Shown here: positions 21,368 to 31,744 of the stretch, piece after piece
How positions within the stretch are numbered: the first letter of the stretch is position 1
How the letters are laid out: each line of letters begins with the position of its first letter
From: an uncultured Chloroflexia bacterium
GTDB taxonomy: Bacteria > Chloroflexota > Anaerolineae > Anaerolineales > UBA4823
Reading direction: 5' to 3'
DNA: 64,000 nt
NCBI GenBank assembly: GCA_963705155.1
Contig: CAVPJC010000001.1
Span: 431,088 to 495,087, forward strand
Notes under the pieces: generated by a model
Database searches by the model: none
What the model was told of the DNA's origin: nothing
Seen by the model: only the letters and a program-made list of their open reading frames with translations
Translations under genes and position numbers: made by a program

Positions 21368-21387
21368 TCACCTCGCCTTAAAAATCA

Positions 21388-21424
21388 AGCCTGCCCGTTT
21401 CTCGCGCCGGGCAGGCTTTTTTTT
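21388..21424 (+). terminator. Rho-independent terminator closing the cytochrome-nrfCD operon
   Basis: Perfect 10-bp stem AGCCTGCCCG/CGGGCAGGCT with a 10-nt loop, followed by T8. Confidence 0.75.
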
Positions 21425-21463
21425 ATCAGGGACACTCTCCTGAATTTGTTCTATGTGAATGAT

Positions 21464-21859
21464 TTAGTTGGTAGTTTCAACCACCTGGGTGTAGATGTTG
21501 AACTTGGGTGGTTTTTCAAAGTGCTTTTTGACAGCACATTGATCCGCAGCCCGCACCAGTGAAGGCAGGTACTTCTCGGGAAAAGTTGGAGGGGCCTGGA
21601 TTTCGAGATCAATCTTGCCAACCATCCCGCTGAAGGGGTCGGTGTGCATACGCTGGATGATCCGGATGCCCTCAGTGGACAGCCCGCGCTGCTGGCAGAA
21701 ACCCAGTACGTAAATGCCGGCGCAGGTGCCCAGGGAGGCAAGGAAAGTTGCAAAGGGGGTCGGCGCGCTGGCCACGGGGGGTTGGTCTGTTGTAACAGTG
21801 AAGGTGCCAAAGTGTGCGTCTACGCGGGCGCCGCCGGGGAAGTCGATGATCATTTCCAT
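21464..21859 (-). CDS. OsmC-family peroxiredoxin-like protein
   Basis: Intact 131-aa ORF with two conserved Cys contexts (LGTCAGI and DQCAVKK) typical of OsmC/Ohr. Confidence 0.75.
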   Translation of the reverse strand: MEMIIDFPGGARVDAHFGTFTVTTDQPPVASAPTPFATFLASLGTCAGIYVLGFCQQRGLSTEGIRIIQRMHTDPFSGMVGKIDLEIQAPPTFPEKYLPSLVRAADQCAVKKHFEKPPKFNIYTQVVETTN

Positions 21860-21960
21860 ACTCTTTTCTCACTCTTTCCTTTAGAAGTTATTGGTTTATT
21901 TGTCGAACATTCTCAGTCCTTTCTTTTGATGCAGTTTTGGCAAAAAGGTGACATACAGTC

Positions 21961-22003
21961 ATAAAACAGCCTCTCTCCGGCGAAGGCAGATCCGGAGAGA
22001 GGC
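21961..22003 (-). terminator. Rho-independent terminator after the MFS gene
   Basis: Perfect 12-bp stem GCCTCTCTCCGG/CCGGAGAGAGGC. On the minus strand it is followed by TGTTTTAT. Confidence 0.6.
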
Positions 22004-22029
22004 AAAAGTAAGGAGGAGATTGGTTGAGT

Positions 22030-23341
22030 TTAGTCCCCGGGCATGGGGAGAGGCCGGGTCTGCCTGGCGGGTTTCCAGAAAAATACCCAGTAAAGGAATA
22101 CGGAAACGATATACAGCAGGATGGTGCCTATGAAAGGCGGGCCAAATCCATATCGCACCTGCATCCAGCCGCTGATGGTGGGGCTGAAAGCCCAGCCAAA
22201 GTTCCAGGCCATGCTCACCAGGCTGGCAACGGTGGCGCGGGCAGAAGGCTCGACATGCTCCATCACATAGGTCTGGTAAACCGGGCCGCTCATATTCATC
22301 AGGGCCAGGCGCACATAATAAGACAGCGCGCTCATCCAGAAGAGCGGAGAAAAACCGAGCAGGATCAGGAATGGAATGGAGAGCCCCTGGGTGATCACCA
22401 CGAACTGGATTTTACCCATGCGGTCCGCCAGGGGTGGGGCGATCAGCAGGCCGATCCCCATCGCCAGAGAACCCCAGGCAAATAAAGAACCAATCACAGG
22501 ATCAGGCTGGTTGTGCGCCACGCGGAAAAAGACATTCATAAACGGCATGATCAGCCCGGCGCCAATGGAAGTGACCAGCATGGGCAGTACCAGCCGGCTT
22601 AGCAGGGCGGGATGCCGGGAGGCATAAGAAATGGGCGCAAATACCGTGCGCCCGGCGGCCTGTGATTGCCCGGAGCGCAGGAAAAGCAGCGGCAGGATGG
22701 CGGTCGCGGCCACTACGGCAATTACCAGGAGCGCCCCGCCGTACGCCGTGCTGTCAGTGGGCTGCACCTGCCGGAAATGCGCCACCCAGGTGGGCAGGTA
22801 GCCCCCCAGCCAGTTGCCGGCGGAGGCCATGGCCATTTGCAAACCTGAGCTAAAACTGAAAAGATAGGTGCGCTCTTCTTCGTCGCTGTTTTCCATCAGG
22901 AAAGGGGCGTTCGTGACCGCCGCCAGGCTTTGGGCCAACCCGGAAATCACGTTCATGGCATAAAAGTTGAGCTCGCCCGGCCACAGCACCATCGAGAGGA
23001 CGGAAATGGCCACACCCCCACCAGAAATGACCAGCGAGCGCTTTCTTCCGAGAAGATCCGCCAGGTAGCCCACGGGCAAAGCCGCCAGCAGTGCGGTGAG
23101 GCTGCTCACCGTGATCAGATTGCCCAGCATAGCTTCATCATAGCCCAGGCTGAGCACGTAGAAATTGAACAACAGGCGGAACACCCCCATAGCGGCCCCG
23201 GTAATAATAACGTTGAACAGGTACAGGCGCGCGTTAGGCTTGAATGCGCGCAGGCGGGCGGCGTAGGTTTTTATGACGCCGCGCGCGGGTCGTGTTGTGA
23301 TCGATTCATAGGGGCGGTGTTGACAGGCGTTTGTTTGTCAT
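22030..23341 (-). pseudogene. MFS transporter, one frameshift in the first ~12 codons
   Basis: Track ORF 22030..23190 is open upstream to a TGA. An ATG at 23341 (MTNKRLSTPP) joins it after a 1-nt slip in a CCCC run near 23311, giving MTNKRLSTPPYESITTRPARGVIKTYAARLRAF... Confidence 0.7.
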
Positions 23342-23378
23342 CTGCCCGCAATGGTTCTGCAGACAAATCGATGTTTTC

Positions 23379-24480
23379 TTATTCAGAGTGGGTTTTCTGC
23401 AGAAATTCTTGCAGGTGAGCGAAGGTGGATTGGACCGCTTCCAGGCGGGCAGCATAGCGTTTTTCATCACATTCATTAACGCTCACATGCACCAACCCGG
23501 CCAGCCGGAGTGCACTCAGGTGGTGGGTGATGGTAGGAGCGCGCAGGCGCAGAGAACGGGCGAGCTGCGCCTGGGTCATTTCTTCGCCGCTCAAAAAGCG
23601 CAGAATCTGAATCCGGGTCGGATCCGACAGGGCCTTGAGAGCGCGCAGCAGCCCATCGGGCACATTTTCCCCGGGGATGAGCGCCATATCCACCGGACGC
23701 ACACCGAAGATCAGCAGCATGCGCTCCGCCCCAAGGGGAGAGTATAGGATCAAAGGCGTGTTCCAGTAGCCCGGCACCAGGATCAATTCATGGACTTCGG
23801 CGGGAATATCCATGTGAACGCCTTGAGAAAGCTCTGCCAGCAGACCGGGCAGGGGCAAACTGGCAGACAGGCTCTGAGCATGCTCCAGCCCTCGGCGCAA
23901 TACCGGCGCAATACGCCGCTCTTCTTCTTCGAAGAAAGACTGGTAGTACGTTTGCAGGGCAGAGAGGTACAGCTCGCCAAACTCTTCCGGGTGAGCCCAC
24001 CACTCCAGATAAGGGGGAAGGAGCTTGATCAGCTCTGTTTCCTTGTATTTTTCAAGGATTTTCTCGATCGCTTCCAGATCGCTTTTATTCCACGACCGGC
24101 GCGCCGCAATCTCTTGCAAAATTGCAGCAATTTCCGGGATCTTTTCAATATGCAACTGGGAAAGCATACGCTCGGCGGGAGGGGTTTGGCGCAGCGTATA
24201 AAGCGCCGTGGCGGCATCCTTAGGCTCAGGCAGGGCCTGAAATCCAGTGAATTGGCACCCAGATAAACGGGCTGATTTCTTCCAGCAGCTTGCGCTCGGC
24301 GGCAGGCAGGCGCGAACGTACACCCGCCGCCCAGGAAGGCCGCAACCCGTAGGTGTCCGGATTATGCAGCACTAATAGGCTGAGGAAGAGATCGTACGCG
24401 CTGCCCATATCCCAGGTCAGGGCAACGCTTCCGGCTGCCGCCGGCGTGGTGGGCGTCTCGGCGATCATTACCTGGCTCAT
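23379..24480 (-). pseudogene. ArsR/SmtB-family wHTH regulator with long N-terminal (DUF5937-like) domain, one frameshift
   Basis: C-terminal LKALSDPTRIQILRFLSGEEMTQAQLARSLRLRAPTITHHLSALRLAGLV is an ArsR HTH. Pieces 24226..24480 and 23379..24323 join near 24240-24320. Confidence 0.7.
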
Positions 24481-24686
24481 AAGCGCTCGTCAACCAGGTG
24501 GTAGACAACCACACGCTGCTTCATTTTTTGGCCCAGGGCGATGAGGGTGTTACCGGTGAAAAGCAAAGCCCGATCGAAAAGGGAAGTCTGCCGGCCAAAT
24601 GCCGACTTCAGACGGCGGGCCTGCTCTGAAATTCGCACCAATTCAGCATGGTATTCTTTGGCTCGGTCATATTCACGGGTATCCAT
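24477..24686 (-). CDS. Small hypothetical protein, first gene of the ArsR-MFS operon
   Basis: 69-aa ORF with a GAAGGAGGA RBS. Its stop overlaps the ArsR-like start (ATGA). Confidence 0.45.
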   Translation of the reverse strand: MDTREYDRAKEYHAELVRISEQARRLKSAFGRQTSLFDRALLFTGNTLIALGQKMKQRVVVYHLVDERL

Positions 24687-24738
24687 ACGATCCTCCTTCG
24701 AACTATAGACACCAATCTAACAAAGGCAACTGTCTAAC

Positions 24739-24787
24739 TTAGACTATCATCTAATTAGATGATAGTCTAATATCTTCGTTTTGTCAA
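24739..24787 (-). promoter_or_regulatory. 32-bp perfect palindrome (operator candidate) overlapping a TTGACA-17-TATCAT promoter
   Basis: TTAGACTATCATCTAATTAGATGATAGTCTAA (24739-24770) is its own reverse complement. On the minus strand, TTGACA (24782-24787) lies 17 nt upstream of TATCAT (24759-24764), which sits inside the palindrome. Confidence 0.55.
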
Positions 24788-25422
24788 GTACCTTTAATCT
24801 ATGCATCATGGGTTTTACAAAGCTGAAGGTTGCTGTTAGTACCTCTCTACAGCCCTACGGCGCTCTTCTCTCGGTGGAAATAGCGGTGCGAGACGGGCGT
24901 ACTTCCCGCCGGAGCAATCAAGGAATCTTGCAACCCGGTGAGCTTTTTCAATACCCCCATATATAGCGATGCCTGAATTCAGACAATCCCCCTCTCTTAA
25001 GCCCAACCTGTGGAAAACTTGTGCAAAACTGTGGATAAAGTAGTTAAAGTGGGGAAAACTCGCTCTTTTGTGCGAATTATCCGTTTCTTACACACCCCCA
25101 TATATGGGGGTGTGTTTCTGTCATCCCCTAAATATTTGAAAGGGGTTTGTGGGTTGAGAAAAGCCCTCTTTTTGCCCGGGTTTTATCCCGTATCCGATGG
25201 GGATATCTTAATCCGCTTTTGCCGCCATATAGAGGGATTATTTCAGCTAACCCCCTGTATGCAGGGCAGCCGCATTCCCATATGCTGGTTTCTCCACTTA
25301 TCCCCAGCCCCTACGACGACTACGATAATAGATATAAATCTTATACAAGGGATAATTCATCTTAAAGGGTACTAAGATGTGATCTTCGTATGTCCTGGCG
25401 AACGACCGAAGGCAGTATTACT

Positions 25423-26760
25423 CTAGCGTACCTTCAGCCATTCCGAAATTATCTGCCGGGCCAATTCAACTGCTTCATCGGGAACTGAGATGCGCTTAAT
25501 GGTGGAACTGAGCGACAGCGTAGCATCCACGATCATCTTTGGCTCCCATACCATTTTCTGAAGATGGATCCAGTTGGTTACACAGCACCCCTGGCAAGAT
25601 CATCACATCTTTGTCCGCCTGCATTCGGGTTGCTACAGACCACCAAACTGCCTGGTCATTGCTCGGGTCAATGTCGCCGTCCACCACCACCACCAGCTTC
25701 AGGTAATGATCTAACCCCAACAGCAAGATCGCCGCTTGCTGCGCTTGCCCTTCCGCGGTTTTGTTGATCTGCAGGATGCAAATGGAAATGCGTGCCCGAA
25801 GCCGGGTAGTAAATGCTACTGTAATAGGGCAGTACTTCTCTCATCTGCTTGTGCACCCACGCCTCTTTCGACGCCCGACCCAGGTTCAGGTGGTCGCTGG
25901 AATTCCCCGGCGCCAAATCAACAAAGATCGGGTCTACCCGCCGGGTGATGGCGGTCACTTCCATCACGTTTTGAGTAGACCAGCTCGAGCGCGTAGCCGG
26001 TATACTCCCCAAACGGGCCTTCTGGCTCACGGGCAATTTGCCCTCAAAAAGCCTTCGATGACGATCTCCGCATAGGCCGGCACATCCACATCTACCGTCT
26101 TCGCCCGACAAATATCAAGTGGCACGTCGGCAAGGCCCCTGCCAATTCATATTCATCCTGGTCCATTCCCATTTTGGCCGCAGCGGCCAACATCACCGCC
26201 GGATGCCCGCCGATCACCACACACACTGGCAAGTCTCGGCCGGCCAGCTCAGATCGCCGGAAGTAATCCCATAAGTGCTGACGGCTGTGAAGGCTGGCTC
26301 CCATGCGTCTCGGACCTTTCACCTGCAAGCGCATGTACGACAGGTTATTGCAGCCAGTGTCTTCGGATACTCGCCGCGGCCATCCCCGCTGTGATATACG
26401 GGCCTGCGTCCTGCTCAAAGTGAACGGGAATGGGAAGCTGGGTCAAATCAGCTTGCTCTCCTAACAGCACCACATCCTGCACCGGCCCGCCATCCCCACG
26501 TTTGGGCGCCACCAGATGGTCCAGGGCATGTCCAAGGCGGTCATAAAAGCCGTGAGGCACTACTCCCACGGCAAAGGACATGATCTCCCGGCTGGCAAAA
26601 AGGATTCGCTGCCATACGGTGGGGTGAATTGCCCATCTGTTCGAAAAAGAACAGCGGGATCTGGCGCTGATCCTCCAATTCCATGGCCATTGCCATCGAT
26701 GTGTAGCCAGCACCACCGATACTAAGACATCAAGAATAGGTGAGGAGAGTCTATTCCACA
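25423..26760 (-). pseudogene. UbiD-family (prFMN-type) decarboxylase, at least 4 frameshifts
   Basis: Pieces 26345..26890, 26092..26418, 25668..26111 and 25496..25726 carry UbiD-like segments (GPVQDVVLLGEQADLTQLPIPVHFEQDAGPYITAGM; VCVVIGGHPAVMLAAAAKM; YYPASGTHFH; LVVVVDGDIDPSNDQAVWW). The C-terminus re-reads as ...AKMIVDATLSLSSTIKRISVPDEAVELARQIISEWLKVR* with stop 25423-25425. The 5' end is approximate. Confidence 0.7.
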
Positions 26761-26765
26761 AGTTT

Positions 26766-27570
26766 TCAGGAATGAGCGTAAGTCTGGCTGCGGTTGAAGT
26801 AGTTAGGGGCTTGTTCTCTCGCTTCTCGTACTGAAGCGATGCCTTCCAGGGCAACTTGAATGGCGTTCTCCCATCCCTGAACCGACCCATAGTTTACATC
26901 TTCGTAGATTACATCGTTTTCCACCAGGTTCCCGGAAACGGCGCACACCATCACGGCATTCAGACCGCGTAGATGGGCGATGATAAAGATCGCTGACGCC
27001 TCCATTTCTAGATTCAAGATCTTGCTGCCGATAGCCTGGCGATGAATTCGGAATTATCGCCATAGAAGGCATCGTCCGAGGCGCTTAAGCCCACGTGTAG
27101 CGGGTAGCCGCCATCCTTTTGCAGCCTGCGTGCGGCCTGGGATCAGCTCGTGTGTTAGGAAATGGTCGGGCACTGCCGGAAAACCCTCACCGGCATAGAA
27201 ACGTGTCGTGCCTTCGTTGCGCATCGCCCCGGTGGCGATCACCAGATCGCCGATGCGCATGCCCGGCTGGAACGCACCGGTGCTGCCCACACGGATGAAA
27301 TGAGTGGCGCCCACGTTCGCCAGCTCCTCGACGGCGATCGCCGCAGATGGGCAGCCAATCCCCGTGGATGTGGCGCTGACCGGGATACCTTTATAAGAAC
27401 CTGTCCAGGTACAAAATTCGCGATTGTAGGCGATTTCCCGGGCTTCATCCAGATATTTGGCAATGCGAAGCACCGATCGGGGTCGCCTAAAAGCAAGACG
27501 TAATTTCCACATCTCCAGGCGCCACTTGCAGGTGATACTGTTTTCTACCCAGTGTTTTTGATGCTTTATC
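26766..27570 (-). pseudogene. Nucleoside phosphorylase, Udp/DeoD (PNP_UDP_1) type, paralogue 1, at least 4 frameshifts
   Basis: Core STGIGCPSAAIAVEELANVGATHFIRVGSTGA...GDLVIATGAMRNEGTTRFY lies in 27054..27572. The C-terminal part NLEMEASAIFIIAHLRGL... lies in 26766..27017. N-terminal YHLQVAPGDV / YVLLLGDPDR segments sit in other frames. Confidence 0.7.
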
Positions 27571-27606
27571 AAGGATTGTGATACAGCTTACCTCTTGCAA
27601 TCCAGT

Positions 27607-28287
27607 TCAATTTAATTCTTGTACGCCACGGATAGCCACCTGGCACAGCAGTTCCAGCGGGCGGTCATCTTTCAGAGCGATGACCAATCCCCCGACCCTT
27701 TTTCTTAGCTTACCGCTCCCACTGCCATCATCGCCGCCAACTCCATCTCAGAGCATAACACACCTGCAGCTACCCAGGTTTGCCAGTTTTCTTGTAATTG
27801 GGCCGACACAGGCTTCCGCTCAGGTTCCCATTCTGCATATAAAAAATCTGTCTGAATGCACCACGCCTACGTGATGCCGGCATCCAGATAGCAGACAGCC
27901 GGCGGCCAGAGCTGCCACAATTTTCTGGATGGGCAGCAGCCGGGTAAGCCAGCGGCAAACAACCCCGTGAGGCGCCCTCCGTCGCGCACCGCCCCCATTA
28001 CAACTACCAGATCTCCGACTGCACCCAGGGCTACATTGCCCGGAGATGCATACCCGGATGAATGTATGTGCACCGAGTACGCTCAGCGTTTCAACCACCG
28101 CCGCCGCCGCCGGCCGCCGATCCCAGAGGAAACCACGAATACCTGCACGCCGCTCAACCAGCCCGATATGCCGCCAGCCCTCCCCACCGTGAGACCTTTT
28201 GCGGCAATTCCAGCATTTCCGCAATCATGCCAGCCCTATTCAGGTCTCCCGGCATAAGCACATAACGGCCTATCTGAGACAGGCTCA
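27607..28287 (-). pseudogene. Nucleoside phosphorylase, PNP_UDP_1 type, paralogue 2, multiple frameshifts
   Basis: ATG at 28287 gives MSLSQIGRYVLMPGDLNRAGMIAEMLE. Later segments (...AAAVVETLSVLGAHTFIRV..., ...GDLVVVMGAVRD..., ...EMELAAMMAVGAV..., ...VAIRGVQELN*) lie in shifting frames. Stop at 27607-27609. Confidence 0.6.
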
Positions 28288-28326
28288 TTTGTTACTTGAA
28301 TTAAATAAAAAGGATCGCCTATCGGA

Positions 28327-29063
28327 TCAAGGCTCATTCAGTTCCCCCTTGGCGCTGGTGATTAGCCAGATTTCCCCGCTTTGCAGGTGCTCCAGCGTAC
28401 TCAGGCAGACCTGCATGAGCATATTATAAGTCACAGAATTACGCCCTGCCATCCTAAGCAAAGCTCCTGCACGCAGGTCCAACAAGCGCGCTGTAACAAA
28501 CAGCGATGAAATAGCCATCTCACTCCCCAACACTTCAGCCTGGCGGTAGGCTTCCACCACCGGCCCGCCGGGAGAGAATTTTAAAGCTCTTGTTGTTGGC
28601 AAATGTGTCGTGAGTACGACCCCGAGCTGACTCTTCAGCGCGTTCTCTCCAGTCACCCGTTCAAGCACCATCGCTATCCTGTGATCGGCCAACGCCGGGT
28701 AAGCGAGCGGTACATATTGCCAGGTTATATATTCTTCTCGCACCGCTGCCCAGGCGACGAATCACATCCGAAAGCTCCACAGAGAGGATCAACATGCGCA
28801 AGCGGATGGATTTCTCCCAGCCAGATTAAGGTCTCCCCCTCCTACCATACGGATTTCTTCCACGGCGATCGCCAAAGGCGGGGAGCCAAACCCGGTGAAA
28901 AAGATACTGAACGAACGCCCGTTGTAAATCCCAGTGATTGTGATGTACTCGCGCCGGGAGGCGACCGTGTGGACGTTATCGAGATACTTTGACAGTTGCT
29001 GAGCCTGCTCACCGCGGCAACTAATACCACGGCTGGGGCAATATCGCCCCGCCGGCAGCTCAT
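28327..29063 (-). pseudogene. Nucleoside phosphorylase, PNP_UDP_1 type, paralogue 3, at least 2 frameshifts
   Basis: ATG at 29063 gives MSCRRGDIAPAVVLV. Then EQAQQLSKYLDNVHTVASRREYITITGIYNGRSFSIFFTGFGSPPLAIAVEEI follows in a second frame. The C-terminal half is track ORF 28327..28743. Confidence 0.6.
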
Positions 29064-29098
29064 ATGCCAGGTAGTTTCACTCGGTGGCGCCGGGCACA

Positions 29099-29953
29099 TT
29101 ACAGGATTTCGGAGAGTGTCAGCCGCCAGGAGTTTGCTAAAAACAGTCCGAAACGTACGTTGCAGGGTCGTGGTCTGTACTCGGGAAGCGGGCCCTGTTG
29201 CAGACCGGCAGCCCGGTTGCCCACCTGGGAAATCCCCAGCACCTCCATATTCATATGCCGGGCTACGATAACATCCGGCACGGATGACATCCCCACCAGG
29301 TCGCCTCCCAGGCGATAAGCCATCATCGTCTCCGCAGGCGTATAGTAGGTTGGGCCGATATTGGCGACGTAAATTCCCTCCCACAGGTGGATATCTTGAT
29401 TAGCCGCAATTCGTTCGGGCAATTGTACGCAGCCGCGGGCTGTAGGCGTCAGTCATATCTGGGAAGCGCGGCCCTATCTCATCATCATTGATCCCGACCA
29501 GGGGGTTGCCCCACAGCAGGTTGATATGGTCCTGGATCAGCATCAGATCTTCAACCCGGTAGAGCGGGTTGACTGAACCGCCTCCATTGCATACCACCAG
29601 GATTGGCACACCCAGTTCGTGGAACACACGCACCGGAAAGGTGACCTCTTGCAGCGTATAGCCTTCGTAGATATGCAGCCTGCCCTGCATGACAAGCACA
29701 GGCTTGCCGTCCAAATTCCCATACACCAGCCTCCCGGCATGATAAGGAGCGGTGGATGTTTTAATCGAGGAATTTCGTGATATGGAATTACTTTTTCATG
29801 CTCAAAGGTGTTTGCGAAGCCGTTCTGACCGGTTCCTAACTCCACAACCGCCTTTGGAATACCCGGCAGACGGTCGCTCAAGAAGGCTGCTGCCTCCCGG
29901 CGTTTCTGGCGTTGGGTTTCAAGGGTTGCTTCACGTTCATTTGACGATAACAT
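29099..29953 (-). pseudogene. Purine nucleoside phosphorylase, PunA/MTAP (trimeric PNP) type, at least 3 frameshifts
   Basis: GGAGCG RBS plus ATG at 29953 (MLSSNERE...). Pieces 29543..29974, 29400..29726 and 29099..29422 contain KPVLVMQGRLHIYEGY, VVCNGGGSVNP and GPTYYTPAETMMAYRLGGDLVGMSSVPDVIVARHMNMEVLGIS. Confidence 0.7.
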
Positions 29954-30029
29954 AGACGCTCCTTGGATCAACAACTCTCTGCTAAAACATCAAAGACAAT
30001 CTTTTTCTGGTGGCGAGTATCGCGGCTCT

Positions 30030-31717
30030 TCATGCTTCCCACGACGGAACCCTCGTACTCACCCAATCCACCATCTTCGGAACGGTAATAGCCTCATGCG
30101 GGGCGCCAATGTCATGAGCGAGCTGCGCAATGGCAGACGGCTTGACATAGGTGGTCATCAGCACGTCGGGCTGGCTGAATACCTGCCGCGGTCGGTCCAT
30201 CCAGGATCACTTCTCCCTGGCGCATAACCACGGTGCGGTCGAAAAACTCCGCCACAAAATCCATATCATGGGTAATTGTCACAACCGTTTTGCCCGAAGC
30301 CAGCAGTGCGCTCACAATCTGACCGAGTTGGCGAACGCCCATTTGATCTTGTGCGGTGGTTGGCTCATCTAACACAATAACTGATGGCCGGATAGCCAGG
30401 ATCGAGGCCAGGCAGAGCAGCTTGCGCTCGGTGATGGTGAGATCGTAGGGATGCAACTCCTGGTATTTGTCGAGATGCACCAGCTCTAAAACTTCTTGCA
30501 CACGGGATTTGATTTCAGTCTCTGAGCATCCCATGTTGCGCGGGCCAAAAGCAACTTCGTCGTAAACCCGGGTGGAGAAGATCTGGTCATCGGGGTTCTG
30601 AAAGACCAACCCCACGGTAGCGGCAAGCTCGGACGGCTCTTTGTCGCCGGTAGGCTCGCCATTTACGAGCATCCGCCCGGAGGCCGGCTTGAGCAAACCG
30701 TTCATATGCTTGACCAGCGTGGTTTTCCCCGAGCCGTTGCGGCCAATGATCCCTACCAAATTTGCCCGGCTCAATCGACAAAGTGACGCCGTTTAAAGCC
30801 TTCACACCCCCCGGGTAAATATAGTGAAGGTCCTCGGCCATTAAGATTGCCATCCAACACCTTCCGGAGGCCAACCTGCGCCTCAGACAATGACAGCGGA
30901 TAAGATCCATTCCAAATCCCACGCTCGCTCAGGCGGAAAGCCAGCTCCGAGTAGCGTGGCGGCAGAATACCGAAGGATTTCCAGGTCTGGCCGGGTGAGC
31001 ACTTCGCCGCGGTGTTCCGACCAATTGGATACAGCCATCTTTAAGAACGACGACTCGCGTCGCCAGGTTTGCGATTGCGTCAATCTTATGCTCAGCGAGA
31101 ATAATGGTGATCCCTTGCTGGTGAAGCCGCCGGATCACATCGAGCACTTCGTCTGTCCCAACCGGGTCTAGCTGCGAGGTTGGCTCATCCATCACCAGGA
31201 TGCTCGGTCGCATGGCAAGTACTGAGGCGATCGCGACACGTTGCTGTTGGCCTCCAGAGAGCTGAAAAGGCGCCCGTTGGGCCAATTCGCGAATATCCGT
31301 GTCGTCAAGCGCCTGTTCAATGCGGGCGATCGAATCCTGGCGCAACAAACCCAGGTTTTCTGGCCCTATGGCCACTTCGTCGTACACGGTGCTCGCCGCG
31401 CCGGTAATCTGGTCAAATGGGTTCTGGAAGACTACGCCCACCTCTGCTACTAAATCCGTCACCTCCAGGTCTGTTGTGCGCCGGCCGTTGACGATTACCT
31501 CGCCGCGCATCTTTCCCTTGAAGAAGTGTGAAATCAGCCCATTCATTAGCAGGCACAGCGTAGATTTCCCGGAGCCATTCTGCCCCAGGATCACCAGCAG
31601 CTCGCCGTCCTGCACATCCAGGTCTATGTGCGAAAGCGCCCAACCTCCTCGGGCCGAGTCCACACGTTCATCTGCTGTTGGGTATCGATAAGAGACATCT
31701 TTGATTTGAATTCCCAT
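30030..31717 (-). pseudogene. ECF-transporter ATPase with two fused ABC domains (EcfA-EcfA'), at least 3 frameshifts
   Basis: First domain is 30929..31717 (Walker A GQNGSGKST, signature LSGGQQQRV, Walker B ILVMDEPTS). Second domain is in 30587..30922 and 30112..30774 (GRNGSGKTT). The C-terminus re-reads as ...AAVFSQPDVLMTTYVKPSAIAQLAHDIG... with stop 30030-30032. Confidence 0.75.
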
Positions 31718-31744
31718 ATAGTTCTCGCTTTCCTTTGTTGCACT

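Noticed and set aside
25009-25306. DnaA-box cluster as the chromosomal replication origin
   Set aside because: There is only one perfect and two one-mismatch boxes. No dnaA or dnaN is nearby and there is no AT-rich unwinding element that I can point to. A perfect TGTGGATAA also occurs by chance inside the IS256 element (47316-47324). It is kept only as a low-interest observation.
25010-25375. 121-aa track ORF as a protein-coding gene
   Set aside because: It has a non-ATG start, no RBS, and an odd Cys/Pro/Ile-rich composition. It runs straight through a 24-bp perfect palindrome and has no family resemblance.
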